A DNA stretch of 64,000 nt from the NCBI GenBank assembly GCA_043228905.1, contig JBHGNT010000006.1, positions 5,828,001-5,892,000 on the forward strand, read 5' to 3'. The position numbers and the translations under genes are program-made. This document shows positions 1 to 9,870 of the stretch, piece after piece. Positions within the stretch are counted from its first letter, which is position 1. Each line of letters starts with the position of its first letter. The DNA is from Azolla caroliniana (Eukaryota; Plantae; Polypodiophyta). The notes beneath the pieces were generated by a model, which saw only the letters and a list, made by a program, of their open reading frames with translations, had not been told where the DNA came from and did no database searches.

Positions 1-178
1 CATTGACATAGAGAGCTCGGCTGGTACCAAACAAGTGCGACTCAATGAAGGAAACCCGGTAGTTGACAATTGCCACCCGAAATCATTACGCAAAGATGTG
101 CAAACTAAAAATAATATAATAGTTTCTCTTCGGCCGTATGTAACTGGGAAGATGATGAGCACAAAAGAGGATTACCGC

Positions 179-209
<31 letters not shown>

Positions 210-2697
210 AAAAAAGAAGTCCCGGAAATCAAAACCTAAACACAAGAGGTATAAAAAACAAGCAAGATCGGGTGATGAAAAGCTTGAACTCTTAGAGTTC
301 ATGGAAGAGTAAGAGGACGAGCAACAACTTGAGGTAGTGGCTCTAGGAGGACAGATATCTTCTGGTGTATTGACATCTGAGCATAATAAGATAAGAGAAA
401 ACATAGCCAAACTAAACTTGTATGTAAAGGATAACTATTCCATCTACCCATTATTTCAATACAGAGGCCTCCAATTGATCCTACAACAGGACGACGACTG
501 CTCAAGATAAGAGAACCGCACGTTGTTCATGTACAAAACTTGAAGAGCAAAATGAAGATCAATCCACATGCAATTGTCATACCATTCTTAGTTATGGTAG
601 ACCTTGATCAATGTCCGACAATTGTAGACTTCAAGTATAGCTCTGTAGATGATTACACATATTATGTTACTGGAGGATCTCATTCAATTGAAGCCCGTTA
701 ACAATTAGTCAAAGAATATCCTCTCACCCCATTCTTTAAGTACGTTGAATGCAAGTCTCACTCACGAAGAGGCCAAGTTGTTGGCTTGGGACCATAACAA
801 TGATAACGATTATAGACAGAAGATGTCTTGTATCGAACGCATCAAATTCTTTCACTATGACCTTGATGCATTGCAAAGGTTTAGACCCATGTTGCACCCT
901 GGTTTGCGTCGTCGGTGTCTACTAGAGGTGGGGATTGCAATTGATGAGAGTACAAAATCAGGAAGACTACAAAAATATGACTCGTGGTTTTAGTTGGCCT
1001 TTAGAACCGGTGAGGTATGGGAACTTCAAGACAAAATATAGCATGTGAGAGTGTAAAGAGGTCAAAGGGAAAAGGACTATAAAGGGAAAGTTAGATCTGC
1101 ATGTGGAAATGAAGACAAACTCGTGTAAAAGTGACTTAGTTATTGAAGAGCTGGCGGAAGACATGAAGTTGCTACCTTGGAGGTCATTGCAAGGTATTAA
1201 ATATGACAAATTATTAATATTTGTACTTTATCGGGTTGCTGCCAAGGAGTTCAACTTAGACGAGATGGTCACTGAGTAATACTATTATGCTACTCATATA
1301 TTTGTTTGTTCTTTTGCATTGATGACTAACCTCACATTTTATTTATTTCTATGTCACAAAGTATACATGAAGATTCAAGAATTGATGATGCAAAAATTGA
1401 GCTTGCCAACTTGGGAATAAGTGGAACAAGCTTGCCCAATAACATCATCATATAAGGCATTGGAAGAATACTTCATTGTATTTAGAGAATGAGTATGGGT
1501 CATTTCAATTTGAATATATTGATTTTTTATGTTATTTCCTTATAAAATCGTCGTATGTAGAAGCCACCTCGATCAAAGAAAGTTAGTGACAGTAATGACA
1601 ACATTCCAAGTTCATTCATCATGCACTTAGAACGTGCTAAATACGAGAAGAGAATGACAAAGGGAAAGGAGTTGGAATTGTCGGAGGATTCGGATACAAT
1701 GAAAAGTTTTTTGCACAGAGCCAATCCTTTCAAACAACTACATTACAGGGTATTCAATGGGGATGTGGCGAATATGCTCGAGCTATTGCCGAAAAGGCAC
1801 TACATGTTGCTTGTTGTTGACATACCATATGGATTATGGATCACGGGATCCACGTACGATGATGTGTCTTTTAAGTATCCTCGGATAGAGAAGATGGTAA
1901 AGGACTTCGCAAAGTTGACCTTGGCCCCGTTATGGATAATTGTCATATTTTATAGCATGAGTCAATCGTTATCGGTCACAATTGCTCTGAAGTCACGATG
2001 TCATGCCACCGAACACATGCATTGGTGTGTTACATGTTGTTTTTTCACAATATGGTATTGAAAATCTTGTTCTTATATGTTGAAGATTCAGTTTTTAACC
2101 ATTTCATTTGATGTTAATAAGATTAAAACAAATATTACACGTACATCCAACGACCATATGGTTAGTGTGGTTGAACATCTTTGTGTGGGTTACTACGATT
2201 CAATAATGAAGAAGATGGCTCGAACACATGTTAATGAACGCAACGTGGTCAATAATATCATGTGCCTAGTTGTGACAAAGAAGTTACGACATGTTTTGGG
2301 TGACAAGAGTTTGTGAACTCGTATCAAAAACCTCAAAGATTAATCAAACCGCCTCATCTAGCTCTTCTCAAACCCAAATGATTGGGTTCTAGATTTGTTC
2401 TCTAGCACAGATATATAATATAAATTTACTCAAAATCATTTGGATTAAATTATAGAATATAATTATTATTTGGACTTGTTCACTTTCATTTCGCCATTAG
2501 GTACTACTTACAACTTGTGCATTAAAGATGTTTCGAAATTGTGTTGCATTGGAGAATGACCCTGAACAAGTAAACTTCATTTGTTTTTTTCGTAAAAAAC
2601 TATCCTCCATTGGTATTAAAATTAAAGTGGACAATATACAAGATAATCCAATATTACAACAAATATTGTATAGCCATGTCGAATGACTGTAGCCAAT

Positions 2698-2957
2698 CTT
2701 TCTCGGTAAAGATAAATAAATTTTCTAGCCAATCTTATTCATGTTTGGCATATCCAAGAAAAATGTTCATTCAGCAACCCCGTTCTTTCAATCTCAGCAG
2801 ACATCTCACGTTTCTTCATAATCTCCTCTTTCTCGGTAAAGATAAATAAATTTTCTAGCCAATCTTATTCATATTTGGCATATCCAAGAACAATGTTCAT
2901 TCAACAACCCCGTTCTTTCAATCTCAGCAGACATCTCACGTTTTTTCATAATCTCCT
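2698..2957. repeat. Tandem duplication, ~130-bp unit x2
   Basis: ctttctcggtaaagataaataaattttctagccaatc... recurs 130 bp downstream with few mismatches. Confidence 0.9.
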
Positions 2958-3799
2958 TGCATTGTCAGTGTCTTTGCACTTGCAATACATGTATATAAGA
3001 GCATTGCTCACAAATACATTCAAGTCATATCCACTTGCAACTGTATGGTTATCATGTCTATCATCTTATTTGTGATAATGATGTTTGCTAACAAACCATT
3101 TTCTTGATCTTCATAATTGTCATCATCATCATCTACTAGGATTTTCTAATGGAATTTGTGATTAGGGTAGAAGAGATTAACATCTTTGACATAGGATAGA
3201 CAAGGCATATGTGACCCTTGATATCTCCAACCCACCTAGAATCCAAACTTAATATAATTGTAGGATATATAACCGCCTTCTTGCCTATTATCTTTCTTGT
3301 GTTGGATTAACCTATTCAACTTAATAATGTTTTGTATGCCTTTGTGTTGGAATCAAACAATCCTGGGTTTGGGGCGTGGACCTTGTTAATTAGAGTGCCT
3401 CTCCATCTCTAGTGGTTATGTTGGACTTGTATTTGCAACGAAACTGTAACCTTTAGTGGTTGTGTGCTTAGCACAAGCCAAGTTTCCTTCTTTTTTGCAT
3501 CTCTTTGTAAGAAAAAATACTGATTCGTTTGGAACAGTTTTTCCTTTAGTAAACAATTCCTAAAGTTCTTGAAATTCCTTGTTGATTGATCCATCTTCAT
3601 GCACCTCACCGAAAGCTCCAACAATGCCAAAATAGTGATCCTTTTATTGCACCTGATAATGCTTGTTTTTGAAGGTATATCATTGTCAACCAAGTATTGA
3701 AGAGACTACCAATTGACCCTGTTTGCAGATGTTGTTGTACACTTATTGTCTTTTTCTACTGCTCGAATACTGACCACAACATTAAGAGATATACCTTCC

Positions 3800-4830
3800 C
3801 AATGTATCATGAGTGGCATAAGAGCATCCTCCCCACCCTCATTTTCAGCATAACTTGAAATCAATGTTGTTCAAGAGACTATATTCTCTCTTTTTTCCCC
3901 ATTCTCCAAATTAGCAAGATGCATAGTCAACCTCCACAAAAAAAGCCAACAACAGTGTTTTTTTTTTGGCTCCAACTTGATGATAAATTTCAATTGCTTC
4001 TTTTGCCACATCAACATTTCCATGACGTTGACAATATCTTAAAATAACCATCCATGATGATAAAGAAGGCTCATCAGGAAGCTTTTGCAACAAGTTAGTT
4101 GTTGCTATAACGCCACATGACCTTTTGTCCTATGCCATTTTTAGTTATCCCATAAGCATGAGAATGACTTTGAATACCCAAACATCATTCAAGGATCTAT
4201 GGCAATCATCAATAAATAGACGTATTCTTACATTCAACTATTATCCAATGGTATTGCCAGATCGAAACTCAATTTCCCAACCTCCAATTGTAGGGTAATT
4301 TGAAAATGGCATCATTTTTATAATTGACATCCACATTTCACATACATATCAACCAACGCGATGCCAAGCATAATATCGTTCTCCAAAAAACCCTTTATTG
4401 GAAATAACATAATGAATTTGTTTCCCCTTCTCTATGGCTCTAGTACTCCCATATGCCTTCAAGATATAGATAAAAGTAACCATATCTGGAGAAATGCCCA
4501 TGCTTTGCATTTGTTCAAATGAATCGAGTGCTTTGTGGTCGTGTCCATGATGGACATATATTATAATGAGTGCATTGCAAGCTATTCACATCTTGAAAAA
4601 CAAACTTTTCCAACACTTCCTTGGTTGTTCCAAACATACCACATTTGGCATACCTGTCCATCGAAGCATTGCCACATAGCTATTCACATCTTGAAAAACA
4701 AACTTTTCCAACACTTCCTTGGTTGTTCCAAACATACCACATTTGGCATACCTGTCCATCGAAGCATTTCCAGATAGCTATTCACATCTTGAAAAACAAC
4801 CTTTTCCAACACTTCCTTAGTTGTTCCAAT
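3800..4830 (-). pseudogene. PLS/E-class pentatricopeptide-repeat (PPR) gene fragment
   Basis: Minus strand reads ...DRYAKCGMF...QDVNS-CNALIIIYVHHGHDHKALDSFEQMQSMGISPDMVTFIYILKAYGSTRAIEKGKQIH... and an E-domain-like MLQKLPDEPSLSSWMVILRYCQRHGNVDVAK. It has frameshifts and a ~99-bp unit repeated ~2.5x at 4580-4830. Confidence 0.8.
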
Positions 4831-5268
4831 CTTCATTAAAATGAGGATCCAAGGTATTTGGGACTATCCTGATCAAGATCAAGAAGTTGAAGCCCAGCAC
4901 ATCAATGAAACAAAGAGGTTCCAGATGACTTTAAGAGAACCAATGGAACCAATTGATGAAGAATCAGGGCACCTTGTGGACCTAGAAGATGTATCAGAGT
5001 CTAAACATACGCATGATTCAACAGAGCATGTAGGCAATGCTAATGAGGACCATCTAGAACAATCAACTCTTCCTGAAGAGCCCGCCATACCGGACTTACT
5101 TATAGATTGATTTATATGGTGAACTCTATAATTTGAGGAATGTTAAATGTTAATCTTTGACTTGTTACTTCTTTGTATATTTGAACAATATTACACCGCT
5201 GCATTTCCTGACTTCTTGAACAAAATAGTATAAATTGTGTGTGTGTGTGTGTGTATGTAACGTATATA

Positions 5269-5809
5269 TGCGGAATAATGCTCGACCACAACCGAGACTT
5301 AGATCACTTAATGATAATCAAACATAGAAAGATGAGAAATGGAAGTAAGTACACAAACATAAGAGAATACATTGTCAGGATGTTAGCGTGGATAACCCTA
5401 AATGGGAAAAACCACGAGAGCCCACAGACTCCAAACTATCACTATGTCAAGAGGAATACAACAGGGGGCATAGAGGCAACGACCTCGTGCACACTATCTT
5501 CGCCTGGCGGCGGTTACAATAGAGACTCACTCTGTCTCTCTCTCTCTTTCCCTCTGCTATGCTCTGTACATCAGTTACACCAATAACTCTGTACAAAATA
5601 ATGACAACAACAATGATCCACGCACCCACTGCTTTGTTTGCCCTAGGTCATATTTATACTAATATGACATTATGACTATTTACAAGTATAGCCCCAACGG
5701 GCTCTCATAAACATATTTATCTATGTGTCCCTTTATCCGGTGAGAGGTTCTCACCGGGTCTTCCTTGTCGGGTACTCATATCCCATCCGGAGGGACCGAA
5801 ATCCTAACA
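5269..5809 (-). mobile_element. Solo LTR (541 bp) inserted in a TG/TA microsatellite
   Basis: TG...CA termini. ATATA lies on both sides (5264-5268, 5810-5814). Copy-1 homology to copy 2 resumes after it. The gggaaaaaccac motif is typical of a reverse-oriented plant LTR. Confidence 0.7.
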
Positions 5810-5932
5810 ATATATATATATACTATTTGTCTAAATGCTCTTTCTTAGTTTGGAGTATTCACATGATATTATACTTTGCCATTTGTTGTAGTATGATTGG
5901 ATAGTTAAATTTGTTCTATGTTATTACACATG

Positions 5933-6300
5933 AACACCGAGTCATTTGAAACAAGTAATATGTCGAATTGTCTTTTTCACATCTTGGTGAGATGTTAAAA
6001 AATGTCTTATTTTAGTAGAATTTAAAAAGGTACGCCGCATGCGTACATGGTTTATTAAAACATAACGAAATTTAGAACTAAATAAATTCCAAACAATATG
6101 TGAATTCTATATCTCTTGTTTTGGTATCCAATTCTAAATTGCATAATAGAATTCCATGCAAGTTCAATTTTATTTACCGTAATTGTGGCGAATATAAAAA
6201 TAGTATCCCACTTTTGAAAGTGGTACAATGATAATTTTATAGTATATTTACATATAATATATATCCTAATGTAATTTATGAATGTGGCAGTTATCTACCG
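5933..6300 (+). repeat. Left terminal inverted repeat
   Basis: Diverged reverse-complement match to 9470-9833. Confidence 0.85.
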
Positions 6301-6604
6301 CGTAAAATGATACAATTTGAAAACAACCTTTTAACCTATGTTGCTTGACACCTTCCACGTGTAATATCATAGAACAAGCTTAATTATCCAATCATTCTAC
6401 AACAAATGACTAAGTATAATATCACGTGAATACCCAAAGTTCCAAAATATGAAAGTTACTTAAACATTTTGTGCAAAATGTGAGGAAATGCACCAGTGAC
6501 ATAAATTAAAACATAAAGGATTAATATTGTTCACATATACAAAGAAGTTAGAAGTCAAATATTAACATTTGATATTCCTCAAATTATTTAGTTTGCCATA
6601 TAAA

Positions 6605-8002
6605 TCAATCTATAAGCAAGTCCGATATGGTGGGCTCTCAAAAAGAGTTGATTGTTCTAGATTGTTCTCATTAGCATCACCTTCATGCTCCGCGGAATCC
6701 TGCATATGTTCAAACTCTGATACATCTTCTAGGTCCACAAGGTCCCATGTTTCTTCATCTATTGGTTCCATTGGTTCTCTTGAAGTTATCTAGAACCTCT
6801 TTGTTTCATTTATGTGCTTGGCTCCAACTTCTTGATCTTGATCGAGACAATCCCAGATACCTTGGATCCTCATTTTGATGATGTTTACTTGTTCAAGGTC
6901 CTTCTCCGATGCAACATAGTTTCGAAACATCTGTAATGCACAAGTTGTAGTACAACATGATAATGGAATGGAAGTGAACAACTACAAATAAGAATTATAG
7001 TCTTTAACTTAATCTAAATGAAATTGAGTAAGGGTTTAGGGTTTAGGGTTTACTTCTGCCAAATCGAGAACCCAATCATTTGGGTTTAAGAAGAGCTCTA
7101 TGAGGCGGTTGATTAATCTTTGCAGTTTTTGATAAGGGTTCACAAGACTCTTATCACCCGAAACATGTTGTAACTTCTTCGTCACAATTGTACATGATAT
7201 AATTGACCATGTTGTGTTCATTAACATGTGCTCGAGCCTTCTTCTTTGTTATTGAATCGTAGTAACCCACACAAAGATGTTCAACCGCAATAACCATACT
7301 GTCGTCGGGGCTACATGTAATATTCGTTTTAATCCTATTGACATCCGACGAAATGGTTAAAAGATTGAATTTGCAACATATAAGAACAAGATTTTTAATA
7401 TCATATTATGAAAAAACAAAGTGTAACACACCAATGCATGTGTTCGGTGGCATGACATCGTGACTTCAGAGCAATTGTGACTGATAACAATTGACCCATG
7501 TTGTGAAATATGACAACCCTCCATAACGGGGCCAAGGTCAACTCTGCGAAGTTCTTTACCATTTTCTCAATCTGGGGGTACTTGAAAGGCACATCATCGT
7601 ACGTGGATCCCGTGATTTGGAAACCATATGGTATGTCAACAACAAGCAACGTGTAGTGTCTTTTCGGTAATAGCTCGAGCATATTCGTTGTGGCACCAAC
7701 CAAGACGATTCTGGATTTCAATCTTGCACACTTTCCCATATGTAAAGGTTTTCCCGACCTGGAGCTTATCTTTACCATTTGACTTTGCTAATATTAGTAG
7801 AAGCACTTTATCTTCCTCGACGTACACAAGAGCCCATTCTAAATTCAAGTAATTTTAAAACTTATGTTCGAACGACTTGCCTTCAAGGAGCATAGTTTTG
7901 TTACTTTTTGTGGTTCCAAGAGAGGACTTTGTTGTCCCATTCCGTGTTGAATCGAACAGTGTCCTACGGGACACGTCTTTTAAAAATATCTTTGAATATC
8001 AT
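6605..8002 (-). pseudogene. Methyltransferase gene copy 2 (ParB-like region deleted; retains N-terminal sequence that lies outside the window in copy 1)
   Basis: ORFs 7401-7778 (LLVVDIPYG), 7036-7227 (VNPYQKLQRLINRLIELFLNPNDWVLDL) and 6790-6981 (CALQMFRNYVASEKDLEQVNIIKMRIQGIWD) are homologous to copy 1. Intact GT..AG intron at 7335-7431. The junction near 7690 joins the equivalent of copy-1 position ~30 to position ~1770. Confidence 0.85.
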
Positions 8003-8067
8003 TTTGTCGGAGTTCGAGTCTTCAACTTAAACAAAAAAAAAACATATAAAAATTTCCCACACTTTTA

Positions 8068-8335
8068 AATCCGACGCAGTGCGTCAGATTCTAGTGGAAA
8101 TGCCTACATTTCAACCAAATTTTGATGCATTGCATTGCATTCTGGTTGAAATACCTACATTTCAACCCAAATGTGATGAAATGCATCGGATTCTAGTTGA
8201 AATACCTATGTTTCAACCTGAATCTGATGTAGTGCATTGGATTCTAGTTGAAATACCTACGTTTCAACCCGAAATTGATGCAGTGCATCAAATTCTAGTA
8301 TATTTGCACTAGAATCCGACGCAGTGCATCGGATT
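8068..8335. repeat. Tandem array of 51-bp units, each containing a 23-bp palindrome (consensus AATCCGAYGCA-G-TGCRTCGGATT)
   Basis: Palindrome copies start at about 8068, 8119, 8170, 8221, 8272 and 8313. The best are aatccgacgcagtgcgtcagatt and aatccgacgcagtgcatcggatt. Many differences are CpG-type transitions. Confidence 0.9.
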
Positions 8336-9008
8336 GTGGATTTTCCTACCACAATCAGATGCATATCACAATATTTATACAGAATAAAACAATAAATTAT
8401 TATTCGATTTGTAAAAGCATCTTAATGGAATCTTTTGAATTGGGAAGAATATGACGTACTTGGCAACTTTCTTTCCCTTGTTCATGTTGGTAGGCTAGAG
8501 ACGAGGTGCTTTTGCTTGTGAAAATATCGATTGTGCTCTAAGCTCTTAGAATTCTAAATCGTGATGGTGAGAATGAACTGTGGACCTTTCCTTATATAGG
8601 AATTTAAAATTTTAAAATTTTTATTTTATTAATTAATTAGGAAAAATCGATTTTTTAAAAAACAAATGCAATCTAATTACATACTACATAACTTCTTCTA
8701 GGTGATTATTTCCAAAAATCATTGTAACTATGTATGCATACAATAGTTGTTGCACAATCTTGTATAATTTCTAAAATAAAGGGAGGGTATTGAGAATGTA
8801 ATCTTCTTCTAATAGAACATCTTTATTTCTTGTAGTCCCTTATGCTTTATAGAATAACTCATATTTCTCAATAAATGAGTACAAATATAGAAGAGTTCCA
8901 AAGGACTTGGGTCAACAGATGAACAATGATGCTTGTAATAATTCAAACTCACTATTCTCAATTCACCTTGTCAATGGGCCGGGTGAAAGTGGTACCCAAT
9001 AGAGCGGA

Positions 9009-9395
9009 ATGTGTGCAAGCTTCGAGCCTAATGCAACCTCTACAGATGATGTTGGTGTTACTCAACCTCTTACATTTAAAAGAATTCCTCGACATGTTAG
9101 TCAAAAGAGATTTAACTTTTTATGTTCTGATCGTCAGCTTGTTTGCGATTCAAGAAAGACATGTTGTGGCAATCTCTGTCTTTCTAAAATTGGAAAGGTA
9201 AACTTAAGGGGAACGCGGTAAAAGTATTTATCACTTAATGGTGAGGAGCAAGATACATTCCTTATTTTGCATATGCAACTTGTAATGGATCACAACGCAG
9301 GGCCTAATTCGACACATGTTGAATATTTCCTTAGACTAAGTACTAAGTGTTGTCGAGTTGCTTTCAAAATCACTCGTAGCATTGGGAATACTGAA
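9009..9395 (+). pseudogene. N-terminal fragment of a probable transposase (Cys-rich, resembling Sola-type/DUF7869-associated transposases); catalytic domain missing
   Basis: Reads ...KTCCGNLCLSKIGKVNLRGTR*KYLSLNGEEQDTFLILHMQL...VEYFLRLSTKCCRVAFKITRSIGN. The CCxxxC...R..y..l...eQ..FL...Y.L....C..AF....G pattern was recognised by eye. It lies inside the TIRs. Confidence 0.5.
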
Positions 9396-9469
9396 GGGAT
9401 CGTGGGTACCATTCGACAATAATGCATTTGGATGTCGAATTGGGCGGCATGCTATTAAACCCTAACCGC

Positions 9470-9833
9470 AATAGATAACTGCCACTTTCATAAATTACTT
9501 TGTGATTCACTATATGTAAATATAGGATAAAAAACTCTAAATGTAATTTCCAAAAGTGGGGCACTATTTTTTCCCATGCCACAATTACAGTTAATAAAAA
9601 TCAAACTACATGCAATTCTGTTCTGCAATTTTGAATTGGATATCAAAACAAGAGATATAGAATTCACATCTTGCCATGAAATTATGTAGTTCTAAATTCC
9701 ACTATGTTTTAAAAAACCATGTACGCATGCATCATACCTTTTTGAAAGTATGCTAAAACAAAGCATTTTTTAACATCTCACCATGAGTTGAAAAGAGAAT
9801 GTGACATATTACTTGTTTCAAATGTCCCAATGT
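9470..9833 (-). repeat. Right terminal inverted repeat
   Basis: Diverged reverse-complement match to 5933-6300. Confidence 0.85.
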
Positions 9834-9870
9834 TTCTTTGTTCATTTGTTAACTCATTTACTTGTTGCGT

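Larger units (their letters stand above)
2582..4830 (-). mobile_element. Composite insertion flanked by a 7-bp target-site duplication, possibly retroposed
   Basis: CTTCATT occurs at 2575-2581 and 4831-4837. Removing the insert restores ...EQVNFIKMRIQG..., as in copy 2. A short T-rich run at the left edge could be a minus-strand poly-A remnant. Confidence 0.6.
1..5110 (+). pseudogene. ParB/Srx-like domain + beta-class amino-DNA-methyltransferase (N6_N4_Mtase-like) gene, copy 1; decayed, 5' end outside the window, split by an insertion at 2582-4830
   Basis: Manual translation across stops and frameshifts. 450-1030 reads ...LLKIREPHVVHVQNLKSKMKINPHAIVIPFLVMVD...YYVTGGSHSIEAR*QL...LTHEEAKLLAWDHNNDND (ParB-like). 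1735-2580 reads LLVVDIPYG...HW|IKTN...VEHLCVG...YQKPQRLI...FSNPNDWVLDLFSST|GTT...CALKMFRNCVALENDPEQVNFI. The frame resumes at 4831-5110 with KMRIQGIWD plus an acidic tail. Introns at about 2025-2120 and 2411-2500. Confidence 0.85.
1..5932 (+). mobile_element. Remnant copy 1 of the methyltransferase-carrying element (truncated; contains nested insertions)
   Basis: The 3' non-coding region 5110-5230 and 5840-5932 is homologous to the reverse complement of 6350-6605, which lies inside the TIR-bounded copy 2. Confidence 0.7.
5933..9833. mobile_element. Internally deleted DNA transposon with ~370-bp terminal inverted repeats; carries the methyltransferase gene (-) and a transposase-like fragment (+)
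   Basis: 5933-6300 aligns to the reverse complement of 9470-9833 (e.g. catttgaaacaagtaatatgtc / gacatattacttgtttcaaatg; gtgaattctatatctcttgtttt / aaaacaagagatatagaattcac; gtggcagttatcta / tagataactgccac). No TSD recognised. Confidence 0.8.

Noticed and set aside
178-215. Poly-Pro/poly-Lys ORF (35-295) from a C-run followed by an A-run
   Set aside because: Homopolymer expansion or sequencing artefact inside the decayed methyltransferase-fusion gene.
3100-3790. Possible LINE ORF1 (zinc-knuckle) relic within the insertion
   Set aside because: Only a weak CFVC-like motif amid many stops; it cannot be supported without a search.
8068-8335. Palindromic repeat array as a CRISPR array, or ORF 8079-8312 as a protein
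   Set aside because: The sequence between palindromes is itself repeated, so there are no unique spacers, and no cas genes are present. The ORF is just the translation of a 51-bp unit.
1-9833. Bacterial or phage contamination as the source of the ParB-methylase
   Set aside because: The gene has GT-AG introns, CpG-type decay, nested plant PPR and LTR insertions, and is contiguous with plant genes.
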